DNA of 64,000 bases, from assembly GCF_009914755.1 (NCBI RefSeq), contig NC_060928.1, one strand, 5' to 3'. The notes beneath the pieces were generated by a model. The model saw only the letters and a program-made list of their open reading frames with translations, made no database searches and was not told the DNA's origin. Of the stretch, positions 14,297 through 26,800 are shown in pieces. Made by a program: the position numbers and the translations under genes. This DNA comes from the human T2T-CHM13v2.0 reference genome, Homo sapiens. The first letter of the stretch is position 1; each line of letters opens with the position of its first letter.

Positions 14297-16277
14297 CTAC
14301 AATTTTTAAAAATGGGAGAAAAAGTTAAACTACATAAAATATTTATAACAACATATTAAGACTGTCATTCTAGATAAAAATGTCGGCAGCTGGTTGTTAT
14401 GATGTGGGTACATGTGTAAATTGTACCTTCCTCATAACTGGGCCTTGATGGGCCCTGCTCTTTCACAGGCAGTATTACAGTGAGGGGAAATAGATCTCAG
14501 AGTGCAAGACAGGTTGGTTTGGAAGTTAAACACTTAATTATAACTATGTGATGCAAGCTATGTCATCACAGGCAAGTCACTTAACTGCTCTGAGCTCCGG
14601 TTTCCACAACTGAAACGCGTGTTAATTAAACCTCCAATTGTTCTTATAGCTTGAAGTGCTATTCAAATATAAAGAATATTATTTTTCAGGTTAAATCAGA
14701 CAAGAAATTTGGCATTTGGATGGAACACTCTTGGCCAAGAAACAATACATTTTTTAGAGAAAAAAAGCCAATATTTTATTTCTTTACAAGATAAATAAAT
14801 TGCAATAGGTTAATTGGTTCCTAGAAAACTTACTCCTCATTGCTACAATTCTCTGATTGAGATCAATTCACCTGTTTCTTACTAATGAGTAATATTTTCT
14901 CCACTATTTCACTGCAGTGTTCCATATCCAAATTGAGAATATGTTAAGGCTCATTTGTAAGGACTTATAAACCTCTAGCTTTTTTTTTAAAAAAGTAGCA
15001 AATTGCATATAGCATGCAATTGTCCATTAGTGACATTTAGTACATTCACAATATTTTGAAACCAGCTACACATTCTAGTTTCAGAACATTTTCATTACCG
15101 CTAAAGCACACACTATGCCTGTCAAGCAGTCACTCACCCCTCATTCCCCGCTGCCCTCAGCACCTGTACCACATTTTGTTTATCTATTCATCAGCTGATG
15201 AACATTTGTTTGTTTCCACTTCTTGGCAATTATATATTAATACAATACTGCTATAAACATTTGTGCCAAAGTTTTGTGTAGATGTTATGTTTTTTATTTT
15301 TATTCGGTCTATACTTAGGAATAAATTGCCAAGTCAAATGGTAATTCTGTATTTAACTTATTATGGAACCATCAAACTTTTCCGCAGGGTCTGCCACATT
15401 TTATATATCCACTAGCAACAGCTCTCCCACTCCCAGTTGCCACTGCCCACTGCCCCCAATCTGCATACCTATATGGATACAGTGTCTTACTACTCAGGCC
15501 AAACTGTAGAAGAGTAATAACAGCAAATAGCAAAAGAACTAGTTGCCAGGCATTGTTGTAATTGCCTTTTACATATCCATATGGCTTTATAGCCAATATG
15601 ACATTTGTAAACCTGGTTTCCACATTTCCTCCATCATTAAAAAAAGTTTCTTAGAAACCTTCTAATCAAAGGCTTCTCTTTGATTAAAAGGTATTTAAAC
15701 TGCTTGCTTTCACCTGCAACATGGAGAAGGCATTAAGCAATAGGAACTAATCACCTTTACGGAAATCTGTCATGGAAAACAAGATATGCAGGGAATGATA
15801 CAAACATGTATTTGTTCCCAGTAAGCTTTGGAAATGTTTTCCTTAAGTAGGTAGGTGAATTATAGAATTTAGTAGATTAAGAACTTGGAAACATTTTAGT
15901 TGTTTCAACTTTATGATGATGCATGAGATTTTGGTGGAGTGGAGTGAGGAGGAAAGAAGAGTGCATACGTTGAACCCTTGCTGTGTAAAACAAGTATGAC
16001 ACTTGGTGTGTGGTTGCTCAGAGCAGGAGATACATGTTGCATGATCCCTGTGAACCTGAACCCGATGTCAACGAAAGGATATCCAGGGTAGGAAGCCACA
16101 TTACCCATCCTCATACCAGACTAAGAATGTGTATTGGAAAACTAGCCTATGCTCCATTAGTCAAACTATTCTTTTCGATTGTTATCTCTCTATGGATACC
16201 AAATATGATAGTCTGCTACATAACAATTCAGGCAACCCAGTATTTGGTGATGTCATTAATTTTATTTGTATGTATAT

Positions 16278-16400
16278 ACTTTTTTTTAAGATGGGGTCTT
16301 GCTATGTTGCCCAGACTGGTCTCAAACTCCTAACCTCAAGTGATCCTCCCACTTCGCCTCCCAAAATGCTAGGATTACAAACATAAGACATGGCACCAGG
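16278..16400 (-). mobile_element. Alu monomer (FLAM-like)
   Basis: agatggggtcttgctatgttgcccagactggtctcaaactcc... Confidence 0.85.
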
Positions 16401-16961
16401 TCTATTTGTATCATTAAATACTATTTATTTGGGAAATCAGTTTAGGAGTATAAAAGCATTTTTTCAAACTTAAATGGACTATTGAATAATACTCAGTGAA
16501 GAATGATCTATTCTAGAAGTTTAAAAACACAGATAAGACTGGGCATAATGGAAGGAGGATGTTGGAGAGGGAGGCCTACAGCCTTGTTCCCTCAACTCTC
16601 CACAACCCCTGCACACTCACTCCCCAAGTACTCAAAGAGCACTGTCGAAAAACAACTGACCAAAGCCGAAGAAAATTGTTCCAATGGTTCCACACTTTAA
16701 TGACTATTTACACATATCTGCACATAAAAACCTCTTTGGGGAAAGTACAAAGCATATAAGTGTCATAGAGGAGGTCAAAAGTGAGTTACTGGCTTAATAG
16801 ACATCATATTATAATGTTTTGCATTTCAAGAAAGTTCAGAGAAAATTTTAATTACATTTTTCTACCTGTCCTAGACACTATGAAGTTGACTGTGTTCTTT
16901 CATAGCTAACTCCTATAAACACAGGGCCAAGCTGGGGTCTTACCAGTAGCTGGGGTCTTAC

Positions 16962-17109
16962 CGGAAGGTGGCCACAAAATTCACCATGGGCCAGCCCAAG
17001 AGAAGGCACCCCTTGGCACAGGTGTGGCCTTTCCCAACTTTGTCTGCACAGTCAGCTGCACACAGCTTATTCAGAGGTATTTTATTTTTTATCAGAAAAA
17101 TTTCTATAC
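16962..17109 (-). pseudogene. ARHGAP20-like exon B (PH domain), 148 nt, frameshifted
   Basis: ctag|G TAT AGA AAT T/TTT CTG ATA AAA AAT AAA... gives YRN then FLIKNKIPLNKLCAADCADKVGKGHTCAKGCLLLGWPMVNFVATF|gtaag, versus recalled YNNNFKIKNKIKLTDMWTASCVDEVGEGNTNAMKSFVLGWPTVNFVATF. Length is not a multiple of 3. Confidence 0.92.
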
Positions 17110-19065
17110 CTAGAAAGACAATCAAGCAAGATCTCTGTTTGTTTCTTAAATATTGTAGGAGCAGCTCTGCTCATGGGAAGACACCAGTTCTCCCTGTTCC
17201 AGGGCAAAGCATGCCTCTCATTCATCTCTATTACTGGACACACGCCATGGAATAGCCAGATGGGCATTTGCAAAGTGTGTCCTGAGAGAAGCCTGGCCAC
17301 ACACTTTACGGAGGGTAGAAAACAGCTGTGGACCATACTTTATCTTATAAAGATACTGCTTTTTTATAGAACCATTAATTCATTTATTATCTATGTCTTG
17401 CTTCAAAAAATTTAGGTTCTCAACAAAAATTTAAAAGTACACGATTTTTAAAAGTATTTATAAAATTCGTACTTAGACTAAAAAATATAACCTTGGATTA
17501 CAGGGATGTAAAATACATTTTAACTTTGATTTTTGTAATACTTTCTAGCCTTTAAAGCATAGGTTATTTTAAATTTCCTTTCTTAAGATTTTGTTCACAC
17601 CACTTTTTTATAGATTCTGATTAAAACTGAAAAACTATAGCCTACAGACTGAATCTAACTTAGAAAACAAAACCAAACAAATCCCAACCAGAGGCCAGCA
17701 GGTCTTCTATGTAAGTAATGGACACACTTCCCATTTATCTATGGAGAGTAAGAAGGTGATCAACTTTGTCAGCAGTGAAATTGCTTTTTGACCATTTCTG
17801 CCTAATCCACCTTAGCCCTCTAACATAGAAACCACCATATCTCCTGGGTTAATTTACATATTTAATGCTCAGGTGGACCTGCGTTTTAAATAGTTATAAG
17901 CCTGATGAAGGATTCACAGGCACTGTGGGCACAGCACTCGGGGACTTCCCACTAGTCAGAAGTACTTGTGGAAACACTAAAGCTACAACAAGATCAAAGA
18001 CATCTCATGTGGAAATCTCCCTGTGACTTCATTCATTCATGGGACACTTAACATTAAAACTCTTCAATGGAATTTATGAAATGGAAATAACTTTGCTGGA
18101 AGCATACATGAAAAATAATCTAGATGCAAAGCTTAGGGCATATTGATTATAAGAAAAGTGTCTTGTGATAAAAGGGGGCATCTTTCTATATTTTTTAACA
18201 TTTTTTACCCTATGTTTGTGTAATTGAAGATTTTTATGAAACAATAAATTATCAGATAAAATTATTTTTCTAGGTAGCAGCTCTAAAGGTACTAATCAAA
18301 CTAAAAATGTATGTTCTACTCAGAATACAGACACACACTTGCTTGTTTTTACAGATTTTTAAATTTTCTAATGTAGGTATCTATCTGTACAAATACCTAA
18401 CATTCTGTATGGAAACTTCCATATATATTGACCTGAGTAACTTATTTGAGTACTTTTCCCTTTAGTTCAATAAAGTGCTAAGATTATCTACTTCCTTGAA
18501 ACCAAACCAAGGAGTTATCAAAGTCCAGAACATAGTTTCCATTCTCCTACAATATTTGTTAAGCATCTACCATGTGCTAATCACTCTTCTAAATATTTAA
18601 TGCACATTATTTTATTTACTCCTCAAATAGCTACATGAAATAGTCGCTATTAGCCCCATTTTATAGATGAAGAAACTCATGGAGAGGTTAAGTAAATTGC
18701 CCACATTGTAATACAGACGACCTAACTTGCAAGCCTATCCTCAAAATTACTTAACGTCTGCAGGTGTTGACCCACCTTCTAAAGCTCTTGCGTTGAAGAA
18801 TAGTCCCTTCATCATTCTTGCCCTTGCCCTTCTTTTCCCCAGAGTCATCAGGTTTGCTGATGGAATTATTCTTTGAGAATGAGGGGATAAATCTTATGAC
18901 ATTATATCAACAAAGCTAGATACCTTGGAAATGTTTTAAATGTATTACAACATAGCTTTGTGTTCAAATGGATTCTTGTAGAGTCCCTCTGTTTCTTCAA
19001 TCACTGACACTGTTATACTATTTCAGTAGAAATGAGAAAGTATGAGTCTAACATAAACTGGCTCA

Positions 19066-19232
19066 TAGGAGGAGGAGGAAGATGAGGAAGCATAGGAGTA
19101 GCAGCAAAAGAAGGGAAAGAGGAAGAAGAAGTAAGAGAAGAGGGAGAAAAAAGGGGGAGAGGAGGAAGAGAAGAAGTAGGATGAAAGAGGAGAAAGAAGA
19201 AGAAAAAGGAGAAGGAGGAGGATGAGGAGGAG
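19066..19232. repeat. GA-rich low-complexity tract
   Basis: Polypurine GGA/GAA repeats. Confidence 0.9.
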
Positions 19233-19581
19233 ATCTACCTGTCTTTATACTGGAGTAGAAGCCCCAGTGAACCATGAAAATTTACAGGATTCTAAGGATA
19301 TTTCCCCAGTTCTAAGATAGAGATGTTCCCTCAGATGCTTCTGAGTAAGGGTCGTGGCATATTCCATAAGTATCTGTTTGTAATTCCATTGATAATAAGT
19401 CAATAGTCATCTTCATTTTTGACCTAAACAAAATTCATTTTTCATTCTCTATTTTTTAAATAAGATGGCAGTGGTGGCTAAAGAGGGTGTGAGCTAAGTA
19501 CAGCCTCTTTCTTTTTGTAAGTTCTTCGTGGACCTCCAGTAGTATTAATACCTTAATATTTATAAAGCACATTCTGTCTTA

Positions 19582-19933
19582 ATGTCCTTTGTAGGGACAT
19601 GGATGAAATTGGAAATCATCATTCTCAGTAAACTATCGCAAGAACAAAAAACCAAACACCGAATATTCTCACTCATAGGTGGGAATTGAACAATGAGAAC
19701 ACATGGACACAGGAAGGGGAACATCACACTCTGGGGACTGTTGTGGGGTGGGGGGAAGGGGGAGGGATAGCTCTGGGAGATATACCTAATGCTAGATGAC
19801 GAGTTAGTGGGTGCAGCGCACCAGCATGGCACATGTATACATATGTAACTAACCTGCACATTGTGCACATGTACCCTAAAACTTAAAGTATAATAATAAT
19901 AAATAAATAAAAGAAAATAAATAAATAAATAAA
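19582..19933 (+). mobile_element. Young 5'-truncated L1 3' end (L1PA2/3-like) with A-rich tail
   Basis: Near-consensus L1 3' UTR; gctagatgacGAGttagtggg carries the GAG diagnostic (not Ta ACA); (taaa)n tail. Confidence 0.93.
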
Positions 19934-21364
19934 AGTCATAATTTTATTGGAAAAACAACTTTCTATTTATCATTCTAATGAATATAAAGAGTAATCATGA
20001 AGTCCTCATCTGACTTTAATATTTGAGAGCAGAATTTTCTAATGTAAAAATTATGGTAAAAACTTGTACAAGGTGGTAGCATTCAGTGCTGATAGCCACT
20101 TTCTCAAAAAATCTGTTTTCTCTATCTCAAAGACCTTGGGCTTACAAACCAATTTCAGATGTTTTAGATGACTTACACTTTCTAATAATCCCAATGAATG
20201 TAAAATGTATATAAAAATGATCTTTCAGGAACAGCACATCTTAAACAAGGATATTATTAAATAACTTTATATATATTTCATCACATCATGAAAACATTTG
20301 CGTGGATACAAAGAACTATCTCAAAGCAGTATTCAAAAAATGAAAAATGTTGCACATGTGTGTAATAATGAGCCAAGGAAAATAAAAATTCAGCTCTTAA
20401 ATATATGAAATTTTCTAGCAGAAAGGGAACATTGTCTTTATAGGAAATGTCTTTAGCAAAATACTACGGGTTCTATAAAACCCATTAACGGGTTATCAGT
20501 GTCTAGGACATAAATGGCTTCTGGTAAGAAAATTAAGGTCTACTCTCCCTAAATACTATCATAATTACAAAGGTTAAGAAAAAAGAAGTAGAGTAAAACA
20601 TGTGTCCCTTAAAAATCAAACATGAGTGGTCACAAGGTCCTAAGAAGCAGAGAATGAGAACTCCAGTTGCTTGTTTATCTCTCAGGCTGAGCATGGTTGG
20701 TTACAATGAGGGGTAGCAGGAAGAGCACAGCCTTGGACTCCAGTCCAAGGAACTCCAGTCTCTCCTGCAATTTCCCAGTGTTTGACCTTGGGCCACTTAC
20801 TGTTCCTTTCTCAGCCTCCATTTTCATATCTAAAACCTCGAGATGATAATACCTGCCTTGGAAGGCACTTTGGAAAACTAGGTGAGCCCTCGGTGATGTT
20901 TCTAGTATGGTCCTGTGAATCTCTCCAGTAAATTTTAGTTTCCTATATGTACTTACTTGGGTTAAATACAGAGAATGGTAACTAATCTAAAAATATTTCT
21001 CAGTAGTAACTTATTCTCTATCAGTGGCTCTTTCAGGGCACTTCACTTGGACCTCACGCCCAGACCTAGATAATCTTCTGTTCTCTTTATGACCTCACCA
21101 GCTTGACAGTTACATATTTAGGCAATTGCACTCATCCAAAATATATTTTATTATCTTCATTTTTGTCTCTGACTTTTTTTCATAGCTGGACTTCTCATTC
21201 ATTTCTCCAGTCACTGTGCAATCTGCTCCATTTTTTACTGCATACCAAGCAGATGCAAGTTGGTCTTTTACTCACGGCAAGGGAAAGGTTGATTTTGCTG
21301 GTAAGAGAAAAACCAAATAGTTGTGGAATCTTCTATAAAATCCAAAAGAAAAGAAATAAAGAAT

Positions 21365-21640
21365 AGAGGCAGGAGCACTACATGTTGGGTAACAGCCTGT
21401 GCTTTGAAATAAACAGATCGAATTTCAAATGTGAACTCCACTAACTAATAATGTGGTGACCTGGGGGAAGCATTAGACCTCTGAGCCTCAAGGCCTTCTG
21501 TAAAACACGGAAAATAGCCCCATCTCAATCTCACAAGAGCAGCTGTAAGGATTAGACAAGATTGGGCACATAAAGTCCTTAGCATAAGACCTGACACATA
21601 ATCTGCCCCTGATAAATCATACCTATCATTACTGTCACCC
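21365..21640 (+). mobile_element. MIR SINE
   Basis: MIR core-like (tgtggtgacctgggg...ctctgagcctca...ctgtaaaa...gtaaggatta). Confidence 0.7.
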
Positions 21641-21949
21641 TGGTTAAATATGGCATTTACAAATATTATCACTTGATCTTGCATATCTTATCTATGACAC
21701 AGATTAATTGGAAACCAGGATGAGGGCAGCAGAGAAAAGGTGTTTCTTTCTTCCTTTTTTTTTTTTTTTTTCCACCCTGGTGATGACAAAGCTTTGTGAT
21801 GAGATTTTATGTGTTGAAATATTATTTGTTTTCATGATATTTTATAAATATTGAAAACAGAAATGTAGCAGGTAAACAGATGGCCATCCATTCAGTTCTT
21901 TCCATCTCCCTGATGTCAGATATTTCTTAAGAAATCACCATTTTTCTAA

Positions 21950-22690
21950 TATTGCATTTGTGTTCCGTGTGGAGAGGAAAGTACCTGCAATTGGTTCTGC
22001 CTCCAACATAGATTCTAATTCTGCCTTCTGCATCATTCGTTTCTATTGTTGCTCCCAACATAGAGCCATTGTCATCATATTTCAGAACAATTGCCTCCCT
22101 AACTAGTCTCCCTGCTTCCACTTTTCCTTGCCCTCCAATCCGTTATCTACCAACAGCCAGAACAATATACGAAAAATATTTACCAGATTTGGTCATTCCC
22201 CTACTGACCCTTCAGAATAATATTCCAACCCCTCACTATGCCCTATGAAGACCTGTGTGACCACTCTTGTGTCTGACATCATGTCTCCAGGCATTTGTTT
22301 CCAGTCACATCAGCCTTCCTGGAGCCCCTCCCTCCAAAGGACCAAGCTGCACCCACCATAAGCCTGTTGTCCCCTCAGCCTAGAAGGTTCAGCCACCTGG
22401 TCTAGGAATGCTGCTGCTTCTCATCCCAGAGCTCAGGTTTAAATGTCATCACCTCACAGAGGCCCTCTTGGATGACACCTCTCTTACCCTGTGACATCTT
22501 CTCCACATGGTACCCTATCTGTCTTCTTCTTAGAATCACTATTCACAATCTGCAATTTCCCCTCTCTTAGTTTTATCATCTGTCATTAAGTCCCAGGCAA
22601 AAGGGACCCTGCCTGTCACATTCTTGATGATATTCTCTACAGGGGTGCTGCACACAACAGGACCTCCAAGAATACCTGTTGAGTAAATGA
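21950..22690. mobile_element. L2 LINE fragment
   Basis: L2-like (ctccctaactagtctccctgcttcca...aaatgtcatcacctcacagaggcc...tgttgagtaaatgaa). Confidence 0.65.
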
Positions 22691-22817
22691 AGGATCAAGG
22701 CATTTGCAAAAGCAGAAGAAAAAATTATATTTTCATATAGTAAGGATTAATGAAAATGCAATTTGTTAGTAAAAATGCATCTTATGATAATCAGGAGAGC
22801 ATGTCATGTATATGTAC

Positions 22818-22970
22818 TTGCTATTAGACACAAGCAACAAATCGTTAAACAGAAAGAGGTGCCACTTCTGCCTCCTCCAGCCTCTTTTGAGTTCTACAGA
22901 GCCATAGATTGGCAGGGTACAATTGGCACCCTTCTCACTGTGGGTGTCCATCTCAGAAAAAGAGCTTTTC
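22818..22970 (-). pseudogene. ARHGAP20-like exon A (PH domain start), 153 nt, phase 2-2
   Basis: ttgcag|G AAA AGC... gives KSSFSEMDTHSEKGANCTLPIYGSVELKRGWRRQKWHLFLFNDLLLVSNS(K)|gtacat, versus recalled RTLLIDGRAELKRGLQRQERHLFLFNDLFVVAKIK. The LFLFND PH motif is present; frame open; both splice sites intact. Confidence 0.92.
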
Positions 22971-23079
22971 CTGCAACACATTGCACACAACAAAACGAAG
23001 AGTCAGTAGTCAAACATATGATAGAGTTTTATGCCAAATTTCAAGGGTGATACAATGCTAAAAATTATGGTCAATCTAT

Positions 23080-24620
23080 CATTGCTGGCAGGAGCCACAA
23101 GGAAAGCATGAAAAGAAATACCGCCACACCCTAGGAACAAACCCAGCCCCGGGTGACAGCTCGCAAGGAAGGGGGACCTCAGTACACAACCTCAAGTAAA
23201 TGAATTTACCCCAAAATTTGATTGAGCTCATCAGAAGCAATTTCTTCTGGAGAGCCTCCAATAAGAAATGCAGCCCTGACAACACCTTGATCAGTCTTAT
23301 GGGACCCCAATTAGAGGACCCAGTCAAGCCCACATAATCTTCTGATGTACACAACTGCAACATAATACATTCTTGTTGCTTTAAGCAACTAAATGTATGG
23401 TAATTGGTTATAATGGCTAAAAAACAAATATAGACTGTGATACTTGAAAGTGAGGTGCTACTGTAATAAACACTTAAAATGCAGAAGCAACATTGGAATC
23501 AGCAGCAAGTGGACGTTGGAAGAATTTTGAGGAGCATGATGGAAAAAACTATCTAGATTGTCTTGAACAGACTGCTAGCAAAAATATGGACATTAAAGAC
23601 TCTGCCAGTAAGCGTTCAGAAGATACTGAGGAGTATTATAGGGAAAAATCTAACTTGCCTTAGAGACTACTTACATCACCCCAAACAAACAACTGTTGGT
23701 GGAAATACAGATTTTAAAGGCACTGCTGCTGAGGGCTCAGAAGAAACATGTTATTGAAAAGTGGAGAGGGGAGATCCTTGTTATAAGCAGGCAAAACACT
23801 TAGTATAATAGTGCCCTCTAGTTATGTGGAAAGTGGTCTTTTTAAATGATGAACTTGGATCTTTAGGTGAAGAGATTTTCAAGCAGATAGTTGAAAGAAG
23901 TGGCTTTTTGTTTTTTTCTTGCTACTTACAGTAACATGTGAGAAGAGAAAGATAAGTTGAAAGAGAAATTGTTAAACAAAAGATAATCCAAACTTGTTCA
24001 ATGAAAGAGAACCCACACTTGATGAGTTGGGAGATTCTCACCCTATACAGATGCCAAAGACAGCAAAATTAAGAGGATGCTTCAGAAAATGTGGCATAAA
24101 AAATACAGAGTGTGATTGTACAATCTGTTACTAAACCTTCATAAAGATCAAATGATGATAGTACTCAGGCACAGAAAAAGCTCTTTGAAGAGATTAAGGA
24201 TGTGGGTCATAGATCCCCTCAATATAGCCAGAAGGACTCAAAAAGCTTAGGGGCATTGTCTTGCAGCCATCTAGGCAGCAGACAAAAATACAAAGCGAGT
24301 ATGTCAGAAAACTTGGTACACATAACTTCTAGCTAATGAAGTGATCGGTAGGAATGGTAACCATGGAGACCCATAAAGTTCTTGAGAATTTTATATTAGC
24401 AGAAGCACCATCAGGTTGGCTTGAAAAAGACAGAAAGAGTACAGAATAACAGAAGGCTGTCAGACTCAGAAATCCTATTGGCAGAAAACAGACAGACAAA
24501 ACTACTCAGCTGCAAACAAGTGCTACTTTTCATGAGCATGTAAACATGACACAGAAAGCAGTGCCCAAAGTCCGGAGGGAAAACCAAGGACCCAGAGGGT
24601 GGAGCCAAGAGCCACAGAGG
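23080..24620 (+). mobile_element. MaLR element: MLT1-type LTR (~23080-23430) plus internal sequence
   Basis: LTR end motif (gttgctttaagcaactaaatgtatggtaattggtta) followed by MaLR-int-like sequence (gatgaacttggatcttta...gagattttcaagc). Confidence 0.75.
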
Positions 24621-25939
24621 ATTATGTTTGAAGTATCCTTGGAGAGACTTTTAAAGTTAATAATATAATATACACTATGCCTTGCATATGTAATATATGT
24701 CAAAAGACCATTAAAACAATTTAAATTACCAGGTCTCTAATCTGGCAAAATGTCAATGATAGTAATAAAATAGAACATATAATCTGGAAAAATAGTATCT
24801 TCATAGGGTTATAATGAGACTTAAAATGAAGTAAGCTATGAAAAGCATTCTTAAACTGTAAAGCTCTCCATAAATATTTATTACTAGTTAATTCTGAATA
24901 AAAGTCACAGATATGTCATCCTTAGAGATAGGGTTTCACTGTATTTTTAAAAATATAATCACATTTCCCTAATGTTTTAAACCAATTTATATTTTTTAGA
25001 AGCATCTTTCCACTGAATCACCTAACATTTACTCTACCTAAGCCCTATGCTGCACTGTGCAAAAAAAGACTCAGATGGATCTGATATTTTTTGCATACCA
25101 AGCATTTACTAATAAAAATAAAAACAAGCACACAGACACAAGACATCCTAACATATACAAAACAAAATTATATAGAGGCTTGCAAACAAGTAATTAAAAT
25201 TTGGCTCCTCATCAGCATGAAAATTTAGGTAACTGAGGATCCTGGAAAACTGACTCCCATCTTACTGAAATAAATATTGAAATTTTGGTAAAAAAAATTA
25301 CTAAAGAACACCAAATAATACTGGAAACATCAAAAACTTGCTAAACTGAACAAAGTGCTTAAATATTATTTGGTTGAGCTATAGTCAAGCTCCAACAGTA
25401 CTCTGTGGTCATAATAGGCAATACCAGCTAGATTGAATAGAGCATAAAAACTCTTAAAAATAGGGCAGACATTTTCATAGACCTACAGAAAATTGTCTCC
25501 TATAGAGCCAAGAAAGTATCTTCCCTGAGAATACAAAGACACCTCTCTCGAGCTCAGCAGCACTAAATCTCATGAACATGACTAACTCCACGAAACCAGT
25601 TCTAAAGTTAAGAATAAGTACATATGTTTTAGAGGAAACAAGACAGAAAACTTTTTTGATGATCAAAAATTATATATTAAAAGAATATCTTGTGCAATGA
25701 TGCTTTAAATGACCACCTTTTTGATTGATGTGAACATCCTTCATTCTTCCATTCTTGGTATTGAAAATCAGTCATGTCTGCGGCACCTTGCAGAGCACTA
25801 CAGGCAAATCTTTGAAGCCCGAGGATTCCTCAGTAGTCAGGATCACTCACCATTATGATGTCAAGGTTCTAAGGCTCATCCGACAACTGACAAACTGACA
25901 TACTTCTTTCCCAGATTGCGCTCATCTTTTAACTTTTTA

Positions 25940-26800
25940 AATCTAAGCTTTTTATTGTTAGATCATTGTATAATAGATTCACATGTGGTTGCAAGAAATA
26001 ATACAGAAAGATTCCATTAACCTTTCATCCAGTTTCCTTTAATGATAATATCTTCCAAATCTATAGTACAATAACATAACCAGGATATTAACATTGATGC
26101 AATCAAGATAATAGACATTTCCATTACCGCAAGGATCTTCTATATTTCCCTTTTACAGCCACACCAACTTCCTTCCCATCTCCACCACGTTTAATCCCTG
26201 GCAACCACTTATCTGTTCTCCATTTCTATAATTATGTCTTTTCATTAACGTTATGTAAACAATCATTTGGTACATTTGCAGATTTTTTTTCATTTGGCAT
26301 AATTGGAGATTCATGCAGATTTTTGCAGATATTTATAGCTCATCTATTTGTCTCACTTAGTAGTATTCTATGGTATGGTTGTACTTCAGTTTGTTTAACC
26401 ACTCACCTGTTGAAGGACTTCTGGTTTGTTTCCAGGTTGAGGTTATAACAAATAAATCCTCTATAAACATTTGTGTACAGGTTTTTGAATCAATGTAAGC
26501 CTTCATTTCTCTGGAATAAATGCCCAGGAATGTGATTTCTGGGTAGTAGTCTCATGTTTAATTTTTAAAGAAACGATCGGTTTTCCAGAGTGTCTGTATC
26601 ACTTCACAATTCCACCAGCACTGTATGAGTGATCCACTTTCCCCATGTCCACACCGGTATTTGGTGTCACTGTTCATGCTAGCTGTGCTAACAGGTGTGT
26701 AGGATATCTCATTGTGGACTTAACTTGAATTTCCCTGATGGTTAATTATGCTGAACTTCTTTTCATGTGTTGATTTGTCTTCTGTATATCTTCTTCAGTA
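25940..26800 (-). mobile_element. Old L1M 3' region fragment
   Basis: ggcaaccacttatctgttctccatttcta...tcacaattccaccagcactgtatgag, typical antisense L1MB/MC/MD. Confidence 0.75.

Noticed and set aside
16040-16095. CCCTGTGAACCTGA resembling a TPP riboswitch core
   Set aside because: The remaining helices and the CUGAGA motif are missing, and TPP riboswitches are not known in mammals.
19063-19275. Hydrophobic Leu/Phe/Ser ORF resembling a membrane peptide
   Set aside because: It is the antisense translation of a GA-rich low-complexity tract.
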